Below are positions 23,851 to 37,935 of a stretch of DNA of 64,000 bases, in pieces. The notes beneath the pieces are model-generated. The model worked only from the letters and a program-made list of their open reading frames with translations, searched no databases and was not told the DNA's origin. The DNA is from Octopus sinensis (lineage: Eukaryota). The stretch spans positions 53,072,001 through 53,136,000 of the forward strand of contig NC_043004.1 in the NCBI RefSeq assembly GCF_006345805.1. Direction: 5' to 3'. A program made the translations under genes and the position numbers. How positions within the stretch are numbered: position 1 is the first letter of the stretch; each line of letters begins with the position of its first letter.

Positions 23851-23930
23851 GTTGACATAAAGTTATGTGTTGACCAAGAGTTACATTTGACGTAAAGATA
23901 TATGTTGACCAAGTGTTATATGTTGATGAA
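23851..23930. repeat. degenerate ~18-bp tandem repeat x5 with GTTGAC core
   Basis: Cores at 23851, 23869, 23886, 23904 and 23922. Confidence 0.75.
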
Positions 23931-24139
23931 CCATTGAAATGTAGAGAAGTTATGTAACGGAGAGTCTATATGCTGACGAAGAAAGTTAGCAGAGTTATAT
24001 TTTGGCGAATCGTGTTCATAATTTGATGAACAAATGATGTCACGTATTCTTACGTGCCGGTTTAATTTTGAAACTAGGTGGGTGAAATCATGACATACAA
24101 TGGTTTCAAATTTTGACACAAGGTGAGCCCTTTTGGGGC

Positions 24140-24315
24140 AGGGTCTAAATGTTTACATTGATCCCTAGTGCTTAAATAGTATACATTTTATCATCTCCAA
24201 AAGATGCAAAGCAAAATCGACCGCGGCGGAATTTGAACTTAGAGTGTAAAGATGGACGAAATACCGATAAGTATTTCATCCAGCTTGCTAACGATCCTGC
24301 CAGCACACTGCCCTT
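24140..24315 (-). mobile_element. tRNA-derived SINE (same family as 216-796)
   Basis: GGCGGAATTTGAACTTAGAG..GCTAACGATCCTGCCAGC on the + strand. Confidence 0.75.
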
Positions 24316-24528
24316 TTCCTGACACATATTAAGAGACATCGATATCACTTCATTAATAACACTGAGTGCCTGGTCTTTGGCCAACACATGCTTTGAAGGA
24401 TAGGGTAGCATTTCCGAAGGAGCGTGTATTAATTATACACAACAAGGTTAAAATAATAGAGGTAATATCTGAAGATCTGAAGCATCTGCAGTTTGTGTAG
24501 TTTTGTTTTTGTTGTGTCCTAGCTATAA

Positions 24529-24614
<86 letters not shown>

Positions 24615-24943
24615 TAGGGTGAAGTATGTCAGTCTAATTTTCTGAGGTGAAAATGTAGCACGTACTGTTTGTTGTAAAGCAATTATGGGTGCTGGATATG
24701 CAAATTCAAACAATGGATATATCAAAGAAAGAAATGTGATATTCACCTTACTGTCTGACAGGAACAGCAACCGCCATTATGACTGGAAGTGCAACAAACA
24801 CAAACCAGATTTAATTATGTGTTTTAGTATTTACATATTTGATTGAAGTTTGACGAATTCTGTTTACAATGAGAGATTACTTATTCCATATTCCTGTCCA
24901 AAATAAATTTTACATACTCTTCAGCATTTTTATTTTTAAACAT

Positions 24944-25362
24944 AGGCGCAGGAGTGGCTGTGTGGTAAGTAGCTTGCTAACCAACCACATGGTTCCGGGT
25001 TCAGTCCCACTGCGTGGCATCTTGGGCAAGTGTCTTCTGCTATAGCCCCGGGCCGACCAATGCCTTGTGAGTGGATTTGGTAGATGGAAACTGAAAGAAG
25101 CCTGTCGTATATATGTATATATATATGTATATGTATGTGTGTGTTTGTGTGTGTGTGTGTTTGTCCCCCTAGCATTGCTTGACAAACGATGCTGGTGTGT
25201 TTACGTACCCGTCATTTAGCGGTTCGGCAAAAGAGACCAATAGAATAAGTACTGGGCTTACAAAGAATAAGTCCCGGGGTCGATTTGCCCGACTAAAGGC
25301 GGTGCTCCAGCATGGCCGCAGTCAAATGACTGAAACAAGTAAAAGAGTAAAAGAGTAAAAGA
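24944..25362 (+). mobile_element. near-full-length tRNA-derived SINE with internal microsatellite and (GTAAAAGA)n tail
   Basis: Head AGGCGCAGGAGTGGCTGTGTGGTAAG, B box GGTTCAGTCCC, central (TA/TG)n, tail TGAAACAAGTAAAAGAGTAAAAGAG. Confidence 0.9.
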
Positions 25363-25584
25363 TTCTTCTGTAATATTGGTTTCAAATTTAGGCAGGGAGC
25401 CAGTAAATTTTGGGGAGAGGTTACGTCGATTACATCGTCTCCAGTGCTGAACTGCAGGGGATGAAACACAAAACCTTGGCAGGACGTGAACTTAGAATGT
25501 AACCATAGACGAAAGGCCGTTAAGAATTTTGATCGTTGCGGTAACAAGTCTACCAGCTCGACAACTTTACGTACTTTTGTGTAG

Positions 25585-25960
25585 TGGAGGCGCAATGGCC
25601 CAGTGGTTAGGGCAGCGGACTCGCGGTTCCGATTCCCAGACCGGGCGTTGTGAGTGTTTATTGAGCAAAAACACCTAAATCTCCACGAGGCTCCGGCAGG
25701 GGATGGTGGTGATCCCTGCTGTACTCTTTCACCACAACTTTCTCTCACTCTTACTTCCTGTTTCTGTTGTACCTGTATTTCAAAGGGCCGGCCTTGTCAC
25801 TCTCTGTGTCACGCTGAATATCCCCGAGAACTACGTTAAGGGTACACGTGGCTGTGGAGTGCTCAGCCACTTACACGTTAATTTCACGAGCAGGCTGTTC
25901 CGTTGATCGGATCAACCGGAACCCTCATCGTCGTAACCGACGGAGTTCTTCCACCCACAC
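25585..25960 (+). mobile_element. tRNA-derived SINE (third family)
   Basis: Head GGAGGCGCAATGGCCCAGTGGTTAGGGCAGCGG, body TTGAGCAAAAACACCTAA. Confidence 0.85.
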
Positions 25961-26277
25961 TTTTGTGTAGTATTACGTAAAGAATGATGAGGTCAATTCT
26001 TGGTCTGCTTAGAATATGAATGAACTAATCCAACTTGTTTGATGTAGGTATCGATCTTGGATCCAAGATTTTAAATACACTACAGTATCTCTGTGGCTAC
26101 ATTGTAAAATGTTGGATGAATTCATTATTATAAGCATGCATGTGTATGAGCTGATTGTGTTATAAGATAGCCCGTCCATAAGCATTAAATGTTATATATT
26201 GGGAAACCTGCCAAAATCGTCAGGCGCATGACATGCTCAGAGAAGTAAAGTATCGGGGAAACAAAGTAGAATATAAC

Positions 26278-26380
26278 GTATATATATATATTTGCATACA
26301 AATATTATATATATATGTATATATGTATACATACATATATATATGTATATATATATATATATATTATATATATATATACA

Positions 26381-26416
<36 letters not shown>

Positions 26417-26440
26417 TATTATATATATATATATACATAC

Positions 26441-26486
<46 letters not shown>

Positions 26487-26683
26487 CGTGCATACAAACA
26501 TATATACACGTGTGTATGCATATATATATATACATATATATCTGTGTCTATGTGTGTGTGCAAATGCATACAATCTACATATATAAGGAATTCTGTTAGC
26601 ATACACAGACGATAAAACATATAGATGCACACGTACACACATGTAAACAACACACACACTCACGCATTCATATACATGCATAA

Positions 26684-26760
<77 letters not shown>

Positions 26761-26829
26761 TATACACATATATATATTATATATACATGTACATATATCT
26801 ATGTATAAATATATGTGTATGTATGTAGG

Positions 26830-26860
<31 letters not shown>

Positions 26861-26869
26861 ATATATATT

Positions 26870-26937
<68 letters not shown>

Positions 26938-26970
26938 GTATATATGTATATATGTATATATATATGCAAT
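26278..26970. repeat. large compound (TA)n/(TACA)n/(TATC)n microsatellite field
   Basis: Directly visible. Confidence 0.95.
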
Positions 26971-27402
26971 TTTGTGTGCTGTTACACGCGCCTATCTAAT
27001 CGTTTTCGCGTGTATGTCCAGAAGTATGAATGGCTATATAGAAAATGTACATGCAGTAAATGTAACAAGATTAAAGTAGATGAACGCAAATTATCTAACA
27101 AATCAACTTTGGCAACTGCACTGAGGTGAAAACAAGATAGAACTGACGTTGTTATTGTGTACACACACTAAAACACACATGCACACATACACATTTGTAC
27201 TTATATACATACCTTATACATACGCGCTCACACTCATCTATATTTGTGAGTATATGTATTTGTATATAGGTGAATATATCTGTGTATGTGTGTGTGAGTG
27301 TGTATGTTTGTGTGTATGCGTGCGTAGGTATATATTTATACACATGCACATTCATAAATACACATCCATAGACTACGTTGCAGTGTTTATTTAATTTTTT
27401 GG

Positions 27403-27448
<46 letters not shown>

Positions 27449-27983
27449 ATATATATGCGTGTACATCCTATTAAAATGTACCCAAACCATTGAACGTTTG
27501 TGCTGTAGATACAACTGCTTCGTAATCGCTTAAGTGTTTCCATGAATTAAGTACTGATTAAATAATATAAGCACGCAAGATCGCAGTGCATAGAAGCAGC
27601 TAGTACTTGCAGGAATTTTACCAATTCTTAGTGTGTCTGTCAGTTTGAATACGTAGTCGGCTATGTTTAATAATAAAAGTTTTTTAAATATATATATATA
27701 AATGAAAAGAACAGATTCGATTTAGTTGGTTGTATTTTTGTTTTTGTCTTTTTTATGCGAGTCAAATGTTGTTATTCATGCTATTGTTGAATTATAGAAA
27801 TGAATCATTATTGTAAATGATATACACTGGAAACTATTACAACTTTTCTAAAAACATATATGAGCTAGCATACGCGCATACACATCCGAACTCAACTCGC
27901 ACACACTAACACAGAAAATTATACCTACATATGCCTATTCATACACGCAAAGATTTATATACCGACACATACATACATGTATA

Positions 27984-28017
<34 letters not shown>

Positions 28018-28065
28018 ATTATTATTATCATCATTATTATCATCATCATTATTATTATTATTATT

Positions 28066-28200
28066 AAATTGGTGAGCTGGCAGAATCGTTAGCACGCCGT
28101 TCTGAGTTGAAATCCCGCCGAGCTCGACGTTGCTTTTCATCATTTCGGCATCGATAAAATAAGTACCAGCTGAGTACTGAGGTCGACGTAATCGACTTAA
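28066..28200 (+). mobile_element. internally deleted SINE embedded in (ATT)n
   Basis: GGTGAGCTGGCAGAATCGTTAGCACGCC joined directly to GTTCTGAGTTGAAATCCCGCC, with (ATT)n on both sides. Confidence 0.85.
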
Positions 28201-28214
28201 TATTATTATTATTA

Positions 28215-28297
<83 letters not shown>

Positions 28298-30235
28298 GTC
28301 ATTTACTTTTAATCTGCATGTTTGATGCAATCACTTGCCGGAGCACACCCAGCGCCCTAGGGCAAGTGAAGGTTAAGAGTTGTTGAAATATAGCTGAAAG
28401 CTTGGGGAGGGGAAGTAGAGAAATATCTCCATGTAATACAAACACAAACATTTACATTGATAGGGTTTTTCTAAGGATGTGGGCAGTACTTGTTAGCACT
28501 ATCTTTTGGATCTCCTTGAGACATAGTTCTCCAGGGATATTGTCTAGGTGTTTCTGACATCCCTTTTTTATCATACCTAGGGCACCTACATTAACAGGAA
28601 CAGTTTTTGTTTTAAGATTCCACATCTTTTGTATTTCGATTTCCAGGTCCTTATATTTACTAAGTTTGTCAAATTCCTTTACAGATACATTTTTATCAGT
28701 GGGGACGCTTACCTCTATTAGTCTGCAGGTATTTTCTTCCCTGTCTTTAACAATTATGTCTGGTCGATTAGCCTTGATCGTTCTGTCAGTGTTGACTGGA
28801 AAATCCAGAGGATGGTGACATCCTTACCTTCAACAACTGGCTGAGGACGGTGTTCATACCAGTTAGCAGGAGTGTCGAATTTGTAGTATTTACATATCTT
28901 CCAATGTATATACTGTCCTACCCTATCGTGGCGATTTTTGTATTCGTTTGGTGTCAGCACAGGACATCCCGAAACGAGATGGTCTATCGTTTCGTCAAAT
29001 GTATCGCAGAATCTGCATTTAGGGTCAGTACCGTTTCGGAGAACGTTAGCCTGGTAATTTCTGGTAAACAAGCTTTGATCTTGTGCTGCCATTATGAAGC
29101 CTTCAGTCTCTGCTTTCAATCCAGAGCTCTTCAGCCACTGATGGGTTGTTGCTTGGTCTACATCAGCATTTTGGCTTCGGAGAATATATTGTCCATGCAG
29201 GGGCTTCTGGCTCCACCGCCTCTCAATTTGATTCTGCCCGTTCTTTTTTGCAGTCTGCTTGATTCGCTTTGCTTGCTTGGTAGCAGTGGTTTCCGGCTCT
29301 TCATCTGATTCAAGGTTAATGTCTAGTTCCCTTTCGAACTTATAGGCTTCCTTGACAATAGAATGCAGTTTTTTGCTGCTTTCGTGTTCGCACACAAGTC
29401 GCAGCATCCAGTCCTTTGTACTAGATAGGTACCTGTTCATTCCTACAGTAGAGGTCTTATAGCACAGCTCTAATTGCATCATTCCTCTCCCCCCGCTGCT
29501 TCTAGGTAGGTACAGGCGGTCTACATCTGCCTTAGGGTGGTGCATGCTCTTGGATGTCAGTAATTTTCTTGTCTTCCTGTCCAAGCGTTGGAGTTCCGTA
29601 AGGTTCCAGTTAATGATGTTAAAACTGTACTGGACTACTGGAAGCGCCAGGGTGTTAATGGCCTCAATGCAATTTTTGGAGTTGAGTTCAGTCTTCAGTA
29701 CAAGCCTTATTCTCCTATAGTATTCCTTTCTTATTTTTTCCTTCATAGTAGCATGATGTATACCATCTCCTTCGTTGATTCCTAGGTATTTGTAACTTTC
29801 TTGTGGGTCAAGTTCCTTGATGGTAGTGTCAATATCTAATTTAACAGAAGCTGTTTGCCTGAGCTTGCCTCTTACAAAAGTTGCTTTAGCACACTTATCA
29901 AGGCCAAAATCCATTCCGATATCATTGCTAAACTCTTTAACAGTTGTTAGCAGCCCTTCTAGCACTTGGTCATTCCTGGCAAACAGCTTTAGGTCGTCCA
30001 TATAGAAAAGGTGGTTTATTAACTTACTAAAAACTTTATCTGGTACTATCCAATTCGTTTGAGAGTAGGTTCAGTGCCATGCAAAAAAGTAATGGAGAGA
30101 GGGAGTCACCTTGAAAGATGCCTCGTTTGATGTTGATGCTGTTGGACTGGCTCATCCCATTACTATGGCTTAGAAAGAGACGTGTGTTCCACATGGTCAT
30201 GCTATTCTCGAAGAATTTTGAGACGACAGGAGAGA
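28298..30235 (-). mobile_element. R4/Dong-like RLE LINE A, 5'-truncated and relatively intact (ORF 28754-30001; RLE continues to about 28458 after a 1-nt frameshift)
   Basis: GIFQGDSLSPLLF, YMDD, zinc knuckle CRFCDTFDETIDHLVSGC, RHD, PDIIV..IEV nuclease motif, (AAT)n tail. Confidence 0.93.
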
Positions 30236-30241
30236 TCTTCT

Positions 30242-30294
<53 letters not shown>

Positions 30295-30306
30295 TTATTA
30301 TTATTA

Positions 30307-30344
<38 letters not shown>

Positions 30345-30439
30345 CATTATTGTTGTTGTTGTTGTTGTTGTGGTATTTTTATCATTATTATTATTATTAT
30401 TATCATTATTGTTGTTGTTGTTGTTGTTGTTGGTATTAT

Positions 30440-32600
30440 TATTATTATTATCTCTTTGACTTTTGCTCTGTATTTGTACAATTTGGCTCCAAGTCTCAAC
30501 CACAGACATCAAGAGACAACAATTTAAAAGTTCATGGGGTTATTATGCCTAGGGTGTCACATATATAGTTTTGCACGTAGTATTGTTCTAGGGGATGTTT
30601 AAGAAAAGATAAGAAAATTATGAGTTTGTTTTAAAATTTGATATTACATAGACAGTATTTTACGTAGGATATGGGAGTGAGATGTGATCATTTACAAGCA
30701 GTGGAGGTGGTTTGTGTTCTCGCCATTTTTTATCATGGGTCAGGTCCTGCTTTTTAGGAATTACCCAGTGATTATACTGTGCTGCTCTATCATGCCTGTT
30801 GAGATACACAAGAATACTGCACTTGGAGACAACATGATCAATGATGTCATTTTGTTGTTGACATACACGACATGTTGAGTTACTGCCGTACTTTAATATG
30901 TTGGCCTGGAATTTTCTTGTAGGTAGGCATTAATCTTGTCTGCTATGATAAACCTTTCTGTTTCTGATTTTAAACCAGAAATCACTAATCACTGATGGGT
31001 TAGGGCTTTGTCAACATCGGCACTATTAACTTTCTTTGGGTATTTACCATTGAGAGATTTTTCTTGCCATTTATCAATAAGAATATCTAAGGCAGCAGTT
31101 TTAGCACGGGCTTTCATACGCCTTAGCTTTTTCTGTGCTTGCTTCTAGTACATCTAATTCTGGAATTCGATGTATTTAGAATTCACTTAGATATTCCTCT
31201 GTCTGTTTTGTTACTGAGTATGATGTTATCTTATTTCCATGCTTTGAGACAAGTTTTAACATCCAGTCATCAGAGTTTTTCAGGTAGGTGTCTAGGCCAA
31301 TTGTGGCAATTTTCATTGTTAATTCTAGTTGTAAATGTTCACTGCCACCCTCTTTTCTTCGTAGGTAAAGTCGTTCTATATCTGCATCAGGTTGATGCAT
31401 TCTATGCCTTGTCAATGATTTTCGTATTTGTCTGTTAAGATTACATATTTCAGTAATTGACCTGTTAATGATATTGAAACTGTAAATCACAAGTGGTAAG
31501 GCTAAAGTATTGAGCGCTTCGATCCTATTTCTTGCATTCACCTCTGCCTTGTGTATTGCCCTTACCCTGCGATAACACTTTCTTCTGATACTTTCTCTCA
31601 TCACTGAATGTTTGATTCCGTCTCCTTGAAATACGCCTCGGTATTTGTAGCTCTTCATTGGTTCTAATCCCTTTATGACGTTCTGCTGGTTAAGATTAAC
31701 ACTGGATGCTTCTGTCATTTTTCCTATGATAAAGGAAGCTTTTGCACGTTGGTCGAGGCTAAATTGCATCCTGATGTCATCACTGAGTTGTTTAACAATC
31801 GCTAGTAAGACCTGTAGTAGTTGGTCATTTTTTTGCAAAGAGCTTTAAATCATCCATGCAAATTATAATTTATATTTTTATCAAACATTTTATAACATCA
31901 TTGTAAATCACTGAGATTTCTGGAGAAGTATTAAGGCTTCACTAAAGATGAGTGGTGATAAAGAGTCACCCTGGAAAATGCCACATGAAATTCTTAGATC
32001 TCCAGCATTAAGAGATTCATTGTCGCTGTTCAAAGTCAGTGTGATTCTCCATGATCTTATACTTATAGACAAGAAGTTTCGCAGAGTACGTGATATTCTA
32101 CGATTTTCCAGACATTTCTGGAACATTTTTATAGTTTATCCAGGATATCGACAAGATTTTGTTTCAATCTTTCAAGATCATCTTATTGATGAATAGCTGA
32201 TCTTTAAAAACATAGAACCTACGTTTACATGCTTTTTGCTCATTAGGGAATATGCCACTTCAGATTAAAAACTATATGTATATTTAATGATGATAGATGT
32301 TCGCATTTTATACATTGTTATTAAGTAGGTTATGGGTCTATCATGTTTTGGTTCATGTGTTTCTTCATTTTTTGGAAATAGGAATGTTACACCAGTACCA
32401 AGCCAAGGGGAAATCATACTAGGTTGTTGCAAAACATTGTTCTAAAGTTTTGCTAGCAGTTCATGGCTCTCTCGGAAGGAATTCAACCAGTATTTTGTAA
32501 TTTTAACCTTTCCTAGAGACTTCCATTTCCTTGACTTCCTGAGAGCAGATCTTCTAACTTGATATCGTCCCACATTTGCTCTTCTAAGTTTTCAAGTAAT
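30440..32600 (-). mobile_element. R4/Dong-like RLE LINE B, decayed
   Basis: CGIFQGDSLSPLIF (31908-32126) and RT C-terminal ORF 31176-31838 homologous to element A. Its 3' UTR and tail abut element A. Confidence 0.85.
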
Positions 32601-32711
32601 AATAACGTATATGACTTGCGGTGTTTGTCTTGCCTTAACGTGTGTTGTCCTCATTAACAATTATATATATACATACATATATATATATATATGTGTGTGT
32701 GTGGTGTGTGT

Positions 32712-32754
<43 letters not shown>

Positions 32755-32758
<4 letters not shown>

Positions 32759-32942
32759 AGGAATACGATATATCTTGGAATGTGCACGCATATGTATGTA
32801 CACAAACATGAATATATATGCATGTATATATATATACATATATATATATACACATACATACACACACACGCACACACACATGCACCACACACACACACAC
32901 ACACACATATATTATTATTTTTATTTATTTTTTTTTTAAATA

Positions 32943-32980
<38 letters not shown>

Positions 32981-33109
32981 ATGTGTGTGTGCGTGTGTGT
33001 GTATGTATGTGTATATATATATATATGTATATATATATACATGCATATATATTCATGTTTGTGTACATACATATGCGTGCACATTCCAAGATATATCGTA
33101 TTCCTAGCA
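32755..33109. repeat. long inverted repeat (arms 32755-32916 and 32939-33109, 22-nt T-rich spacer)
   Basis: Non-repetitive parts are identical (TGCTAGGAATACGATATATCTTGGAATGTGCACGCATATG..); arms differ only in microsatellite length. Confidence 0.92.
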
Positions 33110-33538
33110 AAATGTTGATATGAGTAGAGAAGCTCATAGAAATTGAGTAAGCTACAAAAAATACATTAATTCAGTAACGGATTATACAACGAGACAGGAT
33201 AAATGTTTATTAAACATATTGCGGCTGATACTCTGTATACATAATCATTCACAACAACATTGCTAACAAAAACAAAATGACAAGAAACTCTGTTATGAAA
33301 TCCCGGTCATCAACCTTGTATAATTCTGCATACGACTGTATACTATTAATGATTTATTCCGTCTGATATAATTAAATAAAGTAGAGGTTTTCAAATTAGT
33401 AATATCTGAGATAATGCAAATGATGTATGAAATGTAAAATAATGTAATATCACTCTTATCTATTGAAGATCTTTTCAATTTTTCGCTGATGAAATTTTTT
33501 GTGGTGAGGCTACATGCATAAATGATATATTATTTCCA

Positions 33539-33935
33539 AAGGCGGCGAGCTGGCAGAATTGTTAGCACGCCGGTCGAAATGCGTAGCTGTATTTCATCTG
33601 CCATTACGTTCTGAGTTCATATTCCGCGGAGGTCGACTTTGCTTTTCATCCTTTCGGAATCGATAAATAAAGTATCAATAACGCACCGGGCTCGATATAA
33701 TCGACTTAATCTGTTTGTCTGTCCTTGTTTGTCCTTTCTGTGTTTAGCCCCTTGTGGGTAGTAAAATAAAAGGTATTTTGTCTGTCATTGCTTTCTGATT
33801 TCAAATTTTACCGAGGTCGACTTTGCATTTCATCTGCTCAGGGTCCATAAATTAAGTACCAGTTGCGTACGGGGTTTATTCCAATCAACTGGCCTCTTCC
33901 TCCAAAATTTCGGGCCTTGCGCCTAGAGTAGAAAA
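33539..33935 (+). mobile_element. dimeric tRNA-derived SINE
   Basis: GGCGGCGAGCTGGCAGAATTGTTAGCACGCCGG head with two body units. Confidence 0.9.
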
Positions 33936-34069
33936 TAATATATGATTTCCATAAATACATTACATATGTTAGTGATGTTTATTTGTGTGTGTATACATAT
34001 ATGCGTGTTTGTTTGTGTGTGTATGTATGTGTTTGTGTTAGTCTGAGTATCCGTATGTGCATATCTTCG

Positions 34070-34600
34070 TTCAATCTATTGAAAGCCATACATGCAAAAG
34101 TAAACTTTCCCACTGAAAATCCTCAAAAGTTTGAAGATATTTCTCTCTCAAATGGATTTATATCAACCCTTATTCGTACATATTCTTCACTGTCCATGCT
34201 ACACTTTCTACCCGACTTTCCATTAAAAAAAAGTAGTGTCTAGATTTACTCCACTCTCCTTATCTAACCCCATCTTCCTTTGAATTTAAATCATATAAAT
34301 AACAATACTTTCAGTTATTCTGGCTCAAGTTCTCGTCTCATTACTGAAATACAGCATCTTTTTGAGTATATCTACTCTTGTTTCGGCAAGCTCCATTTTA
34401 CTAGCGTGTAAGCTTTCAAATCTCCCAACCATCACATCTCAGAGATAAAAAGCCTAATATTTTCCTATTCCTTTACCGCAACTTCGTTCACAGACAACTC
34501 GCGTTCCATTTCCACTCGTAGGTAGACACCACAAGTACAATTAATCTCGTTCTCATTTCAAATCCTTACCTTTACCAATCTGTAACCTCCATGCGACATA
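34070..34600 (+). mobile_element. highly decayed Penelope-like element fragment (RT thumb toward GIY-YIG)
   Basis: FEDISLSNGFISTLIR resembles the PLE xxNGYPxxxI motif, and downstream sequence resembles the LRLPY linker. Weak similarity. Confidence 0.4.
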
Positions 34601-35949
34601 TCAGGCTCATCACAACCACTTAAACACAACCCCATACCACACAATATTACTCTGTCCCCACAACAAGTCACTTCATATTAATCCATACATATATATATTC
34701 ACTCCTGTCCTAATATTTCTTCAATCTTAAACATTTTCACACTTAACTTATAACTTTAGAGTGCTTACTTCACACACACCTCATTCCTCGGTATTTTTCA
34801 TATCTCTATAATATCATAATCATACATAGTTTTGAATTGTGCGCAGTTAAATCATGATCACGTTTTAAGTTGTTCGATTGTATTACCGTTAGATCCGCAA
34901 GCTTAGTACGTGTTAGCTATCAACAGAACTAATACAGATCGTTATATGTTAAACTTCCAAAAAGTTGTTTTTTTTCAAAACTGTCCTCAGGGGTGCATAT
35001 GGGTATTCATCATTTACTCGCCACCTTTCATGACACGATGGCTATACTTTATTTTCTCCTCCTTTGATTTCTAATTCCTTTACTGTTTCGCTTCGTATCA
35101 ATTTGCCGTTCCTTTCTGTCTACATGGGTGACTTCCGTATAAAGATCTTTTGATATGTAATAAACATTCATTATTACATTGATGAATCGTGATTTAGATA
35201 GAAATGAATGTAGCAAAGAAATGACTGTACTTAATATACAGTAGACTATACTATTTATATACATATGTGTATATAATATATGCGTTGATGTATAACCTAT
35301 CATACGCGTGCGCCCGTGCTTTTTCAGGCATTTATACACTTGGCAGTTCAGTTTATATAATAACTGATATTTTTTACATCTTTCTGGCTGGAAAATTCCA
35401 TCAATGTCAGCCACTCATCCTAATTCGTATCTTCATCGTCTAATTTATAACAGTGTTATCTTGTGTGATTGTGTGCGTTTGTGTTCAAGCATTTAGTTTA
35501 ATATAAATGCTATACTCTTTTATCGACCGAGATATTTTATTATATATATTATATATGAATTGCCAGTGATCTACTTTAATTTACTCTTTCACTGATTACA
35601 TGTTCACTGCACATATATATTTGTCTTCATACCACGCACATGAATGTTTCTCACACCGACACCATAAATATCTACATCTATTGCAAAGGGTAGTTATTAA
35701 CAGCAAGAAAATATCATCCTTCCATCTTCGACACCCAGACACCAACACCAACAGTCTCAACACCAACACCAAAAATTTCGTCACTGCAGCGCCCTGCAAT
35801 ATCTCCTCGAAATCATATTCAGAATATAAAAAAACGCTCCTCGGCAGCGTCACAATCCTAATATCACCCACACAAATTCGCCGCTACTGCTTCTCCTGTA
35901 CATCATCCACTATAAAATCACAATCACATAATCACCACAAAAACATTCA

Positions 35950-36310
35950 AAGGTAAAGGGTAAAAGACCTTCTTCGGTCATGAATGACCATGGGATTGTT
36001 GGTCATTGAATGACCAAGAAAGTTCCCCTCCGAGGAATAACTCTCGGCAAAGTTGTTCATGGAAGACCAGGAGTCGCTCATGCATAGCAGCCTTCCCTCC
36101 ACCAATGTTATCCAAGGGCAAGGCAAAGGCCGGTACAGCTTGGCATAAGTGGCGTCACAACTCATTTCTGCAGCTGAATGAGCTGGAGCAACGTGAAATA
36201 AAGTGTCTTGCTCAAGGACACAACACACAGGAGAGTTCGGGAATCGAAATCACTACCTCATGATTGTGGGACCAACGCTCTAACCAATGAACCAAGAGCC
36301 TTCCTTCACA
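35950..36310 (-). mobile_element. tRNA-derived SINE
   Basis: GGAGCAACGTGAAATAAAGTGTCTTGCTCAAGGACAC and GGGAATCGAAATC on the + strand. Confidence 0.8.
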
Positions 36311-37176
36311 CTTACACAAGCATATAATTACCCCACATATACTCCGCAAAAACCCCAACGCCATGATTCACTTTTCTACATTTTTGCTATCACAGTATTA
36401 TTTTCACAGCAAATACCTCCGTTATGTTACATATATAGCAACACCCTTTCCCTAGCAATACTTTATCAAAGTCAGCCCCGCACCATTACATCCGAAATTA
36501 TAATGCGTAGTGTACCCCTCGTATAAAGCTTGCGAGATCTCTCTTCCAAAATAAATTTTCATTTACTGCGCTATGAAATAAAAAGGTCTAAATTGAGATT
36601 CCTGCAGATATTGTCGTCTTAGAGTAAGTTTTAGTTTACTGTTGTGGTGTGTAAGGCGTTTCTTGCTTGAAATTAAGGCTCACTTCATATAATTACGGAG
36701 ATATTTCAATATTTTCGCTAACCAACCACTTTCCTCTAAATATATTCGACAAATCACCGTTTCATGTCCAACGTTCAAATTTCAAATCTATAGACGCATA
36801 CGTGGATATAATTAGTAAAGCGTATAGATACCCACAACATACAAATATAACATACGCACAAACACACATGCATGCATATATACGTATACTATGTACTTGT
36901 ATTGTATATCTATCTATCCATATAGTTATATATATAATAGATATATATATATATTATATAATATATGTATGTATATATATATGTATATATATTATACACA
37001 AATATATATATATATATATAATATATATATATATTATATATATAATATTATATATACATACATACATACATATATAGAGAGAGACATATATAAATTTCTC
37101 TCTATATATATATATATAAATAATTATATATATATGTATATATGTATGTTGATATGTATATATGTCTCTCTCTGTC

Positions 37177-37210
<34 letters not shown>

Positions 37211-37699
37211 TGTATGTATGTACGTATGTACATAGGATCATTCAGAGTTTAGCCGCCTCCTAAACCATAATTTCCGACACTAAATGTCCAGTAATTATGT
37301 CCTTCATTTCAGCTAATCATAACATTAGAGTATCATTACATTCATGGAGGCCTCTCGTCGAATATTATTGATATCAATTATCTTTTTTATAAGTATTGAT
37401 TGTGTATATTAGCAAAATACCGGTTACTTGTAGCACTCTTAGTGAATACAATATAGTGAAACATTTGTAGGTATCCTAAAAATATCCGCAGTGAATAGGG
37501 CTTCAAAGATGCTTAGAAGCACAACCTACCAGACAAAAGACGTAAGACATATATATATATATATATATCATGTGATCACGTGACCGACCAGACCATCAGA
37601 TGTTTTTACACATCGCTGGTCACAACGCGTTCGCATTGTTTTAGCATTCGAATGACGCCACCCCGCTGGCTAAGCGAGCTGGCCAATATATATATATAT

Positions 37700-37785
37700 T
37701 CCTTCTCCTTCTCCTTCTTCTTCTTCTTCTTCTTCTCTTCTTCTTCTTCTTCTTCTTCGTCTTCTTCTTCTTCTTCTCTTCTCTT

Positions 37786-37816
<31 letters not shown>

Positions 37817-37874
37817 TTCTTCATCATCATCATCATCAACATCGTTATCTTCTTCTTCTTCTTCTTCTTCTTCC

Positions 37875-37905
<31 letters not shown>

Positions 37906-37935
37906 CTTCTTCTACTTCTTCTTCTTCTCCTGCTC
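37700..37935. repeat. (TTC)n/(TCA)n trinucleotide tract next to a SINE fragment (37566-37690)
   Basis: Directly visible. Confidence 0.9.

Noticed and set aside
35600-35956. 118-aa His/Thr/Asn-rich ORF
   Set aside because: Explained by a decayed (CACCAA)-type repeat; the apparent donor belongs to a SINE end.
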